A DNA stretch of 64,000 nt from Trichoplax adhaerens (GCF_000150275.1 NW_002060948.1:1387983-1451982); one strand, 5' to 3'. Numbered from the stretch's first letter, positions 11,255 to 26,900 are shown. The notes: generated from the letters alone by a model not told the origin. Program-made: numbers and translations.

Positions 11255-13967
11255 GTTGAGTACGAAAACAGCAAATTTGCTAGTAATCTATCTTTCGATG
11301 TTTTCTCTTTTAATATCAAATGGAATGTAGTTGAATGGAAAGAGCAACAAGCCATTTTATACCTTCATTCTTATCACCTTGTTATCGAGACAAAAAAATA
11401 ATAGTACAGTACCGGTACAGTTAGCCATGCTATCTAACACGTACCCCGAAAGATGCTTGAATTAATCTCTCTACCGCACTTTAGTGTCTACAATACAGTA
11501 GAATTATATAATTATAGAAGTTATTTATAAGCTACTGTATAAATTTGTTCCTTGATAATGAGGAAGTATTCCTTTATGTTCTGCTTTCATAATGACTTGC
11601 CAGTCTACTGTATAGCGCTAAGGACTTACAAATGTATAGGTAAATTTGGTTACTATGTATAGATGAAGCAGGGACTATTAAAGAAAGAGAGAGAGAGTTT
11701 TAGTAGTCTCTGGATGAAGACAGCTTCCATTTTGCTACATTTTTGCATCTGGTGTCAGTTGTAGCGTTGCCTAGAAATGGCAGTCCACCTTGGATCACGT
11801 TAGCACATTCAATATCTTTGTAACTATACGCTTTGCCATACCCCTAGCAGATAGGATGAATCGATAACTATAAATGTCCTTAATCGGGAAAACAGGAACT
11901 AAATTTACTGTTCACGTAATAACCATGAAATCGGAGTTGATGATACTCGTATACACTTAACTGTTTACTGTGATAGGTAGTGATGCATAAACATGCAGTA
12001 GAGCAACATTACTGTAATTTAGTGCTCACCTACTGTACATGATCAACTGTCATTGACATATTTACCACAGAATAGGCAAAAAATGAGAGCGAGACTATTT
12101 CTTGAGTAGTCTGGTTTTACAGTATCTAGCTGCAAGGTGCTACTACAGCATAACAGCAGTGGTTACTACAATACCTCTAAAGGATTAAAGTATAGTACAC
12201 CTGCTTACACCTATTCAATGAAATTGCCTTGTGGCATTACTGGAAAATCGTCTTTGTAAATAGCAGGCAAGTCAATACTGTTAAAATTCACGTACTACCA
12301 GAAAAATTATATCATTTAGTCCTCAAGGGTAAATTAGGCGTACAATGTTGCCTCCTCAGAAGTAATTTTTAGTAAAAATAGGGACTTTTAAACAAGTAAG
12401 CGTTTGATATGGGCATGATGAATAACTGACTAACCAATAGTAGAATCACAATAGTAGTACATTTATAAGAAGTACCTCGAATAGGATATTCTACTACGGT
12501 CGTAATTAGAATGCTGTAAACTATGTTTATAAAAGGGCAATGAGAAAAAGAGTCTGTGCCAATTAGATTTAAAGCCGGAAGATTCGAAAGTTATCGACTC
12601 TTACGGTAGGAAATAAAATATTAATGTATTATCTGCGTCTAAAAAAACTACTAGACATTTGATGGAATATTACAAATAAGCCCTAAGGATAGTTAACATT
12701 GTACGTTTATCCTAATAAGGCCATTTCTGTATGAACGCGTGATGACAGTTAGGAATCTAATGTTGGTTAGACCTTCCACTTACTGTAATGGACTTTAAAT
12801 TTCAGATTCTCAAATTAGCAAGTTTTAACTTAGGCAAAATAAAAGCTGACGGCGCTCGCCCTATACAATCGATTTGCAAATTATTTTTAGTGATTTATCA
12901 TTGCCACTCGTGTGCACAAAACCGCATTCATTTGTTAACTGCGTACGTAGGGCATGTTATTTATCTAATGCTATTGCATCCCTAGTCATAGTTTAAACTG
13001 AAACTGCTACGTTGGATGATCTTCATAAAAGTATTTACTGCTTTAGCTTGCTAACACTGATCGATCGCAAATAATTGAATAATTTATTCGCATATATACA
13101 TGAGCAGGCTCAGAAGCGCCAAAATAAGGTATATTTATCTTTGACCTCCTTATAGATATAGAGCGCTCGCAATAAAGGAGAAAAAATTTATACGGCAAGC
13201 TGCGAATGCCATATTCATTCATTAAGGGAAAACACATCCTATTAAATACCGGTAGTCAATAGTTACAAGGCCTAGGAAATTGGATTTACAAAGATGATTT
13301 TATGAAGGAACTATATTATGAAAACTTTCTACTTTAATATGTCATTTTCAAAATTATTAACGTTAGGTACTCCACCAGTAATGTTATGCAAGCACTACAG
13401 TAATTAATTAGAGGTTTCAGTAATGATGATCAATCATTACATTTGCCGGAAAACGCCTTAAGCAAGCGATTTCTGATAGAAAAATATAAATTTCCTAAAG
13501 CCAAGACCCATTCAGGTGATTAATGGAAGACCATGAGGTATTTTTTCATTATTGTATTGCAAAGTACAATCTTATTCTTTAAAAAATGCAAAAATTCGAG
13601 CATTGCACCTCCGCATTTTACGGGTATACGCCTAACATAGACTCTAATTGCCTATACAAGTACTAGCTAACGGAAAATTGTAAGCGGTAAGGGCAATGTA
13701 CATTACTAGATTGTTATGCTGACAATAATTTCTCTGCCTGCCATCAGTAAGAATGATGACTTTCTTCAAGTTATGCAATTTATTTATTGATTAGTGATGC
13801 GTCTAATGTAAAAATTTTTATTCAAAATCCATAGCAATTGTTAATGAGGTAAGAAAACTGTATAACAGTCATAAATATGTATACGAAACTTTGCAAATCT
13901 AGAAAAGTATTCCTAGAAATGTTTTTATTCTGCAAATGATAAACACTACATTCCTTTCCATTAATCC

Positions 13968-16950
13968 TCATTCGTTGTTTCGGTTATAGATATAAGCGTA
14001 CTTAGAATTCTTTTCAGGCCTCTGGTATTGATTCCATCGATGCGTAGTCAGCAACAGCCTAAATTATTTAAATAAGTAAATAGTTAAAACTTGATTGAGA
14101 CAATAATTCAGTTACAATAACAGTTGCCTAGAGGGTATGTAAATAGTATTTGAATCAAGAGTTCGCTTATAATTATTGTTAGCAACTAAGAATGGCGAAA
14201 AAATGACAAAGAAATAAAAAATTGGATCTTAGTAAAAGTCCGATGGATACAGCCGTTACTAAAATAAATAAATTTGTCTCCTCTTACCAATTAGTAAAGC
14301 TTGGTAAATATTGAAAGATGTACATGTATATTAGCCAGCCTCGTTCACCAATCCAAACTTCGTCTACTTCATTCACGATTGCGGTCAAAATCAGGCTTAC
14401 ACATCTATCCATTGATTGTTTACGAAATATTCCTAATCTTCGTTTATCCTTATTTAAATCCTATAAAAATTTAAGATAAGTAAAGCATTCCTTTTATATT
14501 TTCCATGTTACATAATTACAGTATAATGTATAAATGTAGTATAGAAATAGAACATTATTATTATACCTCCACATTTTCCACGTACATAGAATTAACATAA
14601 TGGGCATTTTTGATGGGACCAATATAAATATTGCTTATCTTGATGTCTGTATCAGCGGCTAATTCAAAACGCAAAGCCTCAAGAAACCCCTGGGTTATAA
14701 TTTTAAGATTAGATGAATAAACTTTAGCATCGAAGTAATTGCTGGATTAGGTGTAGTACTGCAGAAACTCTAAAAATTTCTAGAAAGCTGTAGGTTCTCT
14801 AACATGCAATATTTGGCTTCTATAAATACGCATATTGCGCTTTTATTCTAAAATAAACAAATATGCCAGTTCAACCTACTTGTGTGGCTTTACTGCTAGC
14901 ACTACAACTTGAGCTAAGCGGCATTCCTGTAAAAAAGCAGAATAAAGTGATCGCAAAGGCATTTATACATTCGTAATTCTGCGTATGAATAATTGTATAT
15001 TAAGTCTTATGAAATTGGATGATAAGATTATCGAACTTGCGGATTTATATAGATTTATGCTTTCTTAATGTAATCAAATTTTATGCGGATTTATTTACTT
15101 TGTAATATCGTTGACGTTACATATCTTAAAGTAAAACTCGAGAAATTACAGCACAATCATCTACTAGAATTATATCATTCTATGGTTCTCAATGGATTCA
15201 CTGTAATCTAAAAATAACTCGATTTCGCTGTTTCAAAACCTACCATTGTAAAAAATACTTTTTTAAACTCATCGCTATAAATGAATTTAATGAAACTGGT
15301 AATATACTGTATGTCATTAAGTTGGTATAGTACATTTATGATCACTTATTACCTCTTTTCCCCTCCAATCCACTAATGTAGATGATTTGGCCTTTGGCAT
15401 TGGCTTTCATATCATTCATAATTACGGCTTTAATGAGGGAAATTGTACCCAAAGTGTTTAAATGTAAAGCAGAACGGTCCACTTCTAAGCTTGTATCCAA
15501 CGCTAGAGCACACTGGCCACGACCAGCGCAATTGATTAGGATATCAATCTAGAGATAAAATGAATATTGTTTTACTCCAGATGATATTCAATAAAAGTTT
15601 GCTCCTCGTTCAGATTTCATCACAACTACAAGCGTATATACTATGCATATCATACAATTTATGTTACACAGTGCAGTGACGACTTCAGTAATGTGTAGCT
15701 AGTTTCCTAAATAAATTGTTATAAGTAACATGCAAAAATAAGCTATAAGGTTCACTATTTGCTTAGTTTTAGTCATTTAATAAGATTCACAGTAATCCTA
15801 CGTATCAATAATACCAGTTACTGGATTACATATCATGTCAGAAAGTTTATTTAATGAGCTAAAGTAGATAATTGTGTATACAATGACGCATAGTATAAAG
15901 CTGCTCCAACCAATTTAAGCTTTACGGTAGAGCTTAATGCCAACTTAATATGGTAATGCTCGTGCACTATCTAATATTAGGTTAAATATGAATCATCCTA
16001 GATTTTTTGGGCGTCTAATGTATCAGTAATATCATTTAATAATCCTATATATACTCGTATTTAATGTATCTTTAATACTTTACATAATACCTCCGTGGCA
16101 AAGCAATACTTATAAAAAGAATTATGTATGACGTGCTCTCAAAATTTAAAATCGAACAATAAAAATCACCTTATCGAATTTCTGAGCAACACTCCAAGCT
16201 AAACCATCATGAGTTTCGTAGTCTCTCAGGTCCATGTGTACCACATATATGTCATCAGATTTCTGACCTAGTGCTACATAACATTAAAACTAAACTTAAA
16301 ATAATGTATAAGCGTAGATACGATACTCTAGTTGATAATGTTGAGTTTTACTTAGACGGTACGTTTATCGCAAATATAAGTGATATTTAATAAACTCGAA
16401 ATGGGACTGCTATCGCGCACTCAACCTTGCCTAGTACTATCAACTTGATGTATCCTACCAAATATATAACAAATACGTGAACTTATAAGTAGGTTTCATA
16501 GCTTACGAATATCCTCTAACTGATAACAAAGCTATTGCATGTTAAAATCTTGTCGTTCTTGTAAACATATATATACAGGTACAGTATCTATATACATAGG
16601 ATCCGTATAGACTAAACTACTGTAAGTATATCAAGTATAATTTTGAGATAGCTGATGAAATTACCTATACATCGAGATTTTACTTTTTCTAGCTCCTCTC
16701 TTCTTCTTGAAGATAAGACAATTTTAGCTCCAAGGCGTTTTCGACAAATTAAATAAGCTAGATTTTCTCCGATACCGCTGCTAGCTCCTGTAATCCAAAT
16801 TACCTTGCCGAATAAACTGGTTCTGAAACGTCCATACTTTTCGTACATTAAAATATTGAGATCAGCATCTGCCAGAAATAAACGAACCAATTGAACAATC
16901 GCAATTAAGATACTGCATAGTCCAATTTGATAAAGAATAGATGACAGCAT
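13968..16950 (-). CDS. DHRS7: DHRS7-like short-chain dehydrogenase/reductase with degenerate catalytic triad
   Basis: Exons 16950-16665, 16273-16170, 15548-15353, 14926-14880, 14689-14567, 14460-14288, 14058-13968. N-terminal signal anchor followed by ADADL, VIWITGASSGIG, IDILINCAG, LNTLGTISL, DRCVSLILTAIVNEVDEVWI, MYIFQYLP; all DHRS7-type landmarks. Confidence 0.88.
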
Positions 16951-19144
16951 GAATATTAAAAAGCTATTTGCTTGAATTGTGCTCAGAAGGCCTTCGATAC
17001 TATAAGTAAGGTGTAGGCTCGGTAGATATTAGAATTTCGGGGCGTAATTGCTGCTAGCTTATAAAAACTCTCACAATTGCTCTATGTGTACTAGCTTGAT
17101 CAATATAATTGTGTACAATAGTTCATTGAGAGCTACTGATAGGGTAACTTATTGTACGAATTTGCTGGATGAATAAGTAGAAACGTTGCCTGTCGAAGTT
17201 TAAGGAAGTCTTTTCTCTAGAGACTTCAGCCCTGACAACAATAACTATCTGCTACTGCTAGCTTGGATAATAAAATAGACTGAATTCTAAGTGTACTAAT
17301 TCATATTAAAAATTGTACTTAAAGAGAGTACAGTACATATTGGCGAACTTCATTCAAATGTTTATTTATATTAAAGATAAATACAACGTGAATGACTAAT
17401 ATTGATAATGATGAATAAATTACGATCACTATCAAAAATCTTGATCTAAGACATAAGAGTAGTAAATCTTATATATGTATATGTATATAATGACAACATG
17501 TTTTAAATTAAAATTAATTAATTCATGGATAAAACATGTAAAGAGTGAGTGCTAGTACTGTAATTATAAGAGAGTATGCAATACTGCATTGTACGAGTAT
17601 ATTAGTTATGATCTTAGTCATACATGTTAATCAGTACTGTAACACATACAGTGGAGTCTAGTACATATTTCACGCTCTAATTGGATTATACTCATTAAAA
17701 TCAATTTGTAAACTATATATACTTTTAACACGATGTAAATATAGACTGTATATTATTATTAAAAATACGTCATAATAGGAATACATTTATTATAAGAGTA
17801 GGTGCTCATACTTTAACAGTTAATCCTTTAATAAAAGAACTGTATCCCCGTTTTGATAATATCAATGTTGGCATCATACGTATGATATACAATCTAATTT
17901 TCGGTAAGTTCTCTTAAGTTAAGAGCTCTAATTAAAAGTTGTAAGCATATCTGGATACCTGTTCGTATATTTTGCAGTCGTTTTTAAACTGAATTTTGAT
18001 CAACATTTGCTGAGATTCTTGTGAATTTTTTGCATCAATTTTTATTAACAATAAATAAAACGTTAGCTGGAGTCATCAGACGCTTAGTTAGCGAATAGAT
18101 GATAACAAGCGTTGTCTTCACAAAAGAAATAAATCACTCATTGCTTACAGTAAATATATTAATAAATCTGTCAACTTAGTTCGATAATTTCTAATATTTT
18201 TACTTGCTCTATCTTGCTTGATAAGGCAAATATTATCGAACCTATTTAAAGAAGAGCCTTTGAATTGGTATTCTTTATATAAGTAGTTAAGAAACAGGTT
18301 TGATTTCTATAAATTTGTAAACATTACATTTATATATAGATATATATGTATATCCAGAAAGTAGCGATACGCTATTGTTAAAAGTTCGGCTGATAGCATC
18401 AAAATTGTATAAACTATAAAGAGTAATAAATTAATCGTATTGATACAAAACATGAAAGATTTAACTATGAGTAAATTAGTGTTGAACACATTACCATGCG
18501 TTTAACAGAAGAGCTTGACGTTAGCACTTATAAATAAAATAAAAGATTTTCGATGCGCGAGGTAAACTTGATACAGATGTAGTAATCAATATGTTTCAGC
18601 TTCTTATGCAATTAATTACAGGTTTACAGTCATTTATAGCTGAAATGAAAACTTAAGTCTATGAAGGTTGCAAACACGCAAGCTTAATAGGCTATCATCA
18701 GATAAAATTTGTAGCGTTGATTCCCGTCTAATCATGTTACTTCGATTAGATGTATTTAGCGCAAACTTTATATATGTATGCTATGACATGAGATTTACTT
18801 AACCAGCATAAAAATTTCAATAAGTAGCATTATTACATTACACTCGAAGGCTTAAAAAGGCCTAACAACCAAAGTAGCCAAATCCATTTAACGTGGCACG
18901 TATGTAATATACGTATATTAATTTTGTATGTGTGTATAATAGTAGTTATACTATAGGAGGGTGGGATTATTTAGGTATACTCATATCCGTCATGATAAAA
19001 ATCTGTTATATTGATTACAATATGTCAATATCATCGAGCACGTACATTTTTAACGTAGACATTTCTAAACTTTGCGTTTTAATCAAATTTGGTTACGAGC
19101 TATTTGTAGAGCAAGCGACAGTTGACCAACAATTTAATTTGTTT

Positions 19145-20249
<1,105 letters not shown>

Positions 20250-20647
20250 CGCTGCTAAATTTCCTGTCCTGTTTTGTATTATAGAAACTTGGGAGGGATC
20301 AATGATAGGCAAATGGAGCTTCCGTACTGTATATCTATATCAGCTGATTCCTAGTTTTACGATCAACCGTGGGTGCTAACGAATGACGTACTTTAACGGT
20401 ATTTGACTGTAATGGAGATGAAGCGTTCAGTATTGAAATGCTCATACAGTCTTTGTTGCAAATTTACTTTAATAGGGATGATTAGGATAGTCAAGTATTA
20501 GAATCAATGTCGTTTGTAGAATTATAATGGTTGTACTATTAGCTTTCAAAGATATTTTGAAAGATTCCACCTTTTCAACACCAACTGTGGCGGAGTACAC
20601 TACTAAATCATAGTAGACGACTAGGAGTCAACTAGTGCTGCTCGCTA

Positions 20648-20970
20648 CCAATCCAATCGCAGACCAAGGGATGTGATGACTCACTAACTCATGACGTGAT
20701 GACAACATGACGAACATGATGACGATTCACCACAGTGTCAATACAGTTGTCAGTACACCTCAATATGGATGAAGCGGAATGACGCTTGAATGTACTGTAC
20801 AGTATATTGTGTACAAACAGTTTATTATTGTCTCATTGACGAGCAAGAGTAATGTCGTATTACCGAGGAAAAATAGAAATAAAATTCTATGGATACCGGT
20901 GACATCATAGTGACATTCTATTATACGCACGATTCTGTCAGTGAGTACTGTACACTGTACAGTATCGTAC
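20648..20970. promoter_or_regulatory. FAM177/ACOXL bidirectional promoter: CCAAT boxes, ATGAC cluster, GTACA motifs
   Basis: ccaatccaat at ~20648; ATGAC at 20676, 20691, 20699, 20707, 20719 (including TGACTCA and TGACGTG); tgtactgtacagta at ~20791 and gtactgtacactgtacagta at ~20945; lies between divergent starts. Confidence 0.55.
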
Positions 20971-21246
20971 CGCTAAGTGTGAACGTGTGAACGTAAAACA
21001 TTGACCAACTTGGTAAACAACAACGATCTCTTCCAGTCCATTCTCTCTCACACTGTACGCGTACTTAGTCTTCATTGAAAAAATAGTGGATTTAAAATTG
21101 GGTTACAAGTTGAATTAATTGCTGTTTCATAGTCGTCATCATTAATAACTAGGCTCAAAGTATATATTCACTTTGAGATAGAAGATCAATTAGATTGAAA
21201 TTGGTCTACAATTGACAATTTTCACTACAATCCAACGCATACAACG

Positions 21247-24200
21247 ATGGCTGACGTCAGTGAAATTAGTCCTCGCGATCAAGCAATGACTATCCAAGCT
21301 AAGAATCAGCAGCCTCCGGTAGTAACGCTGTTATCGAAATATCTCGATGGTGAATATCATCCATTAAAAGAGGATTTAAGGCAATTTATTCGCAACAATA
21401 AATTATTTAATATGGAGTAAGTCCAAAACCTTTTTATGTCTACTACCAACTTCATCTGACTAATTCATTCAATCATACGTACGCATAATTTACAGTAATG
21501 ATATTTCTACGTATAGACGTTCTGTATAGTATAATATGGCATCCTACGCTACTATACTATAGTACTACTACTACCCCGCTAAAGGGGTCTTTGCAATCTC
21601 TTAACAAGTCTTCTTCAAGGTATAACCTATACAGTTATACTGTACTTGGTAACGTATGGCCAGTTAAAACCTATCGCTAATAATGAAATTTTAAAGTGAA
21701 AGTATGGACCAATTTTTAGTGCTTTTGTATACACATTATTCTACATCTTGTAATATTTACTTTATCGTTATAAAACATCGATCGAATAAGTTAGCAAGTA
21801 CATACAGTACTTCACTCGTATACTGTACCTTCAATATACCTAAATGCGCGTACACCCATAATATACAATGACTATATCGCGCTTGAAATAGCGTCATCAA
21901 TAATAATAATCTTTCGTATATTGCAGATACAGCAATTTAAACCTGCAGGAACAACGATATCTTGCCCACGAAAGAGCTAAAGCAATACTCAGGCATCCTA
22001 AATGTAAAAATCAACTTGATGAACAGGTACCAACATACTAGTAGAAGAACCATATTACTAAGCATTCCGTTTCCATGTACTTAATTAATTAGTAAAGTCC
22101 GGATTTACTCTAAATGAAGAAGCTTCTATACTGTAGTGAACATTTGTTATAATATCACACAGAATAGAAAGTCATGGTACTGTATTACTATATTTCTTGA
22201 ATACTTATGTCATCAATATGATACGATATTTCCTCGTAGGTTAGAGGCAGTCTGGATTTTATGAAGAAAAATTTAATACTGGGTGAAGTATTTGCCTTTG
22301 TCGACCCTTCGACTAATGTCAAGGTATTAAACGGTGATTTTTATTAGTTCTATATTTATTTATCATAGCTTTGATCTTTACAGAATAACAGTATTCACCA
22401 TAAAAGTATGATAAGAAAACTACGATATACTAGCAATGATAATGCTTGATTGATAAAGTAGTCGAACGGTATTGATTTCGTAAAGTACGCTAAAAAATTC
22501 ACGTGATATTCGTTAACTTTTTAAGCTTGGTGTCATGGTGTTTCTTTTTGGAGGTGCTATTATCAACCTAGGTAGCGCGGCTCAAGTACAAAAGTGGCTC
22601 GGTCCTTTAAAGGTACATTAACATATCTTTGTGGCTAGGTCTTACCAACCGAATTTAAATTCCATTGGGTTACCTTACCTACATAGAATAGATGGAAATT
22701 ATAATTCAGATTAAGCATATTGCTATACATTGTATATTTACATTATTATGGTATCTCTTTCGTAAATCCTATGATGATTCTAGTCGCTAACGGTACAATT
22801 GTACTTTAAGACCATATGTTGTAAAACACTGCAAATTTTAAATTCCTAGACTATCTTATTGATAATGCATTAATTAATAATAATCTCATTTCGCAAATGA
22901 TGATAAGCAATTCTATATACAAATTAAGGTAACTATGCACACTAAATCTATTTTCGAAATCCTAACTTGCGTAGGACCTACAATATACTGGTATGTTTGC
23001 TATGACCGAACGTGGGCATGGCAGTAACGTCCGTTGTATAGAAACTGAAGCTACCTATAATATAGAGAATGAGGTAATTTTGACCTATACCATTATAATC
23101 AACTAGCTATGAATGTTGCATAACACATTTGCGTATGTCCATTTACGAAATTTCTTATCTATCTACTTTAACGTTGCTTTTATTAATAATGAACAATTTT
23201 AATGCAGGAATTTATCATCAATACACCGACAAGAAGCGCTCAGAAAATGTTTATTGGAAATGGATTACACGGAGAATATGCAATAGTTTTTGCTCAGCTG
23301 ATACTTCATAATAAATCGAAAGGTTAATAATTTATCTTAAATCGTTATAATCGCAATGCGGCTATATAGTATGATTGCAAGGTAATAACTTCAAAATATC
23401 GTAAGGTCGAATAACTAAGTTTCAACTTTCATCAAGATATTGATATTGTCACCATTTCACTTTGTATTGCAAATTTGTTAGAAATGTTTGGTATACTTAT
23501 TTTGCCACATCTTTGAAGTACGTTTGTATTTTGTCGAAAACTCTTTAGGTCCTCATGCATTCATTGTTCCCATTAGGAATGAGAATGGTCTATACCCGGG
23601 AGTAACTGTTGTTGATCTCGGATTGAAAGAAGGTTGTTACCAGAAACTTTTATCGTCAGCTATCCTGTTGCGTATTCGTATATATACAAGTTTTATGTTT
23701 ACTTTCTTATTTACAATTTACAAATAATGAATTTATTAATGTACTATCAGCAAACCTCAATTGGCATATCTGTATTCTATTAAGTGCATCGATATGCTGC
23801 TGATTTTTTTATTTTAATCATGACGTAGCTAAAATGATATACCGAATATAAAGTCGTATAATTACATTCAAATACGATATTGCAAAGTGATAAGAAATAT
23901 AACATGTTCCTGTAACTTATCAATATATCTAGGAATGAATGGCGTAGACAATTGTCTCCTTTCTTTTGATCACGTTCGGATTCCCCGAGAACATTTACTT
24001 AATAAGTAAATCCTATCTAGTTTAGATACTTTTGATGTTTGTCATTTTTGCTTTTAGTTTTTTATTGCGGAAGAATATATATATATATGTATTGATTGTA
24101 ACTAATGATTAACCCCTTTTCGGCTTTGCTAATCAGATACGCTGATGTCCTTCCAAACGGTAGCTATGTCACTGATATCCTTAAAGATTCTACTCGTTTT

Positions 24201-26900
24201 AACATCATGTTAGCTGCTTTAATTGGTACTCGCTTAGCTGTTGCCAATCATTCTACTGCATGTATGAGTGTAAGTGTGAGATTGTATCTATTAGCTATTG
24301 ATATGCCTAAACATAAGCATACAAAACTAAGAACTTTATATTTTATCGTTTGGTTTCGACATGGATTCGAACGCCATTATCTTACTTTCTTCAATTGATT
24401 AGACTGTACACCATGCTTACTTGATATTATATTACTTTGCAAGATAAAATTTTTTCATGTTAATTCAATAACTAGTTTGATAGATATTAAAATGTCAGTT
24501 ATTCGAATTTTAGCTCTGTCAACTTAATGTAAAAATTGAAATAGGTAGCATTTCTAGATTTTATAAAATATCATAGCTAAATAGTATTTATTGTCACTGC
24601 ACAGGTTGGATTAACAATTGCCATACGCTATGCTCATAGGTACAGTATTTATTTATAGATCGTAGTGATTACCAATTTAACTTCGTAAACCGTTATGATG
24701 TGACTAAATTTTATCTTGGTAAGCATAGTCGGCTGCAGTTTGGACCTAGCAATAAACAAGAAATGTCTATTATGTCCTATCAAACACACCAAATACGTTT
24801 GATGCCACTTCTTGCCAAGTACTTGTCATTGTACTTTACTGGCAGGTCTGTTCTTCTTTATGCTGATGCCAACTTTAACGTTCATTACGAAAATAGAAAA
24901 GATTTAATGTCATTTATTTTAGACAAGTCGCTTCCTTAGTCGATGATCATCAGACTAGTGGAGGTAGTATCGCTACGAATCGCGAAATTCAAGCACTTGC
25001 GTCTGGAATAAAAGCATATGCTTCTTGGGCTTGTGTTCAAACTATGCAAATTTGTCGCGAATGTACTGGAGGACAGGTTAAGAGAAGTAGTTAAGCTTAA
25101 TATTTAATTTTGTACAAAAAGAGTACGCGTGCGGTAGATCAGTTGTAATGCAACAGTCGTATATACTATAATTAATATAGGGATATATGGCTGAGAATAG
25201 AATTGCCGGCCTGAAGGGTGACGTGGACGTTTTTGTAACCTATGAAGGCGATAATACTATATTGCTTCAGGTAATCAAACATGCAAGTTTCCGGCGTTTT
25301 GAATTTGCAGTGTTCTAAAATCTTAAATGCGCAAATTTTTCACTATTACAACACTTTAATGTAACAGTCGAATAGGTAATCTATAATACAGCAGTAAGAA
25401 GAAATTGTATGATCCAAAAATATCGTTATGCCATTTCCTCAATTTTTTTGTGGTAAATACTTTATATCAGCAAGTAGCCAAGGAACTCCTTGTCCAATAT
25501 AGAAAAGAATATACGAAAGGCAAATTTTCCGGGATGTTATCATTCCTCACCAAAGCAATCGTTGTATCGCTCCAAACAAGGTTTTGAACATATTTTCTGA
25601 ATTAAATTTTAGTATAGGACTGCTGTACAACTATATCATGGAATTAAAATTAATCTTGATATTTGTTTCATGCGTAAATGCAATTTACTGAAGTTTGTAT
25701 CAAACTGTAGTTCCTTAATTCCACGGATGCATAGTATTACCAGCTATACATTTCAGACGAATGCTTTGGAGTTTAGGGAAGCAAGATTGTTACAGACATT
25801 AGCCTCTCGACTAGCGAATAAGGTTTTGAGCTTTTAATATCATGCTTTACAATTCATTACACTGTATACGATATCAACTAAATAGATTCTATCTTGAATC
25901 AATTCAGAGTTAATTAGTGCAATTATGATACTTTCTTAGGTACAGAAAAACGGCATGGACTCGTTCATGGCATGGAATGAATGTTTACATCATTTGAATG
26001 CGCTAGCTATGTCTCACGTTGAAAGGGGTATGCGTAGTTTGCATAATAATAATACAAAAATTTATTTCCTTTGATTATTTATCTGCATGCCATGTATTCA
26101 AGACATAATATGTCATAATTTTAGACCACGTGATAATGTTTAAGTAACAAAATGATTTAACGACGCATATACGTAGTGAACTTATTGTATATGTCTCAAT
26201 GCTATTCCCACTGATATAATACGATCTTTTAATTTTAGTTTGTTACGAGCAGTTTGTAATAGCCGTAAAGCAATGTCCCTACCCTGGTCCACGATCCATA
26301 CTTGCCAAGGTATTAAAGCGAGTTCTTAGATAATTTACGTGCCCCATTTACACTTAATCACGATACGAATTTGTCTGTCTAAGATGTAATTTGGTATATC
26401 TCTATCCATGAGTCAATTATGATATAATCTAACAAGCGTTTTATGTGATATTGATATAGTGTTGCAAGCTCTACGGACTAAACTGCATTTACAGTGATCG
26501 AGGGTGGTACTTAGAAGAATCTTTTATAAATGCTAAAATGGCAAAATGTATTAGAACTGAGGTAGAGAATACTATAAAAACCACATTTTATTACTGTTTT
26601 AATATATTTATTTCAGGATATAATCGTAGCTTGAGTGAACAATAAATGGCTCGTCTGCATAAATTATAAACAGTTATACACAGATACAGACGTTAATTTT
26701 ATCATATTTCTCTACGCAACAAGGTATTGAAGCTATGTAAAGAAACTGCTGAATTTTCGTTGGAAATTGTAAATTCCTTAAGAATTCCTGATAACTGTAT
26801 CCATGCACCTATCGCTGGCATCAGTCATGATAATACTTCTTGGCTTTTTGCTCCTGGTGCCGACAGCAATACGGACATAAGAATGAAATCGAAATTGTAG
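21247..26900 (+). CDS. ACOXL: Acyl-CoA oxidase-like protein, peroxisomal (C-terminal SKL)
   Basis: About 19 exons. [74 protein letters not shown]; ends RMKSKL* (TAG 26898-26900). [11 protein letters not shown] is characteristic of ACOXL. Confidence 0.9.

Noticed and set aside
13968-16950. DHRS7-like gene as a pseudogene
   Set aside because: All seven exons splice in frame with canonical sites and no stops or frameshifts.
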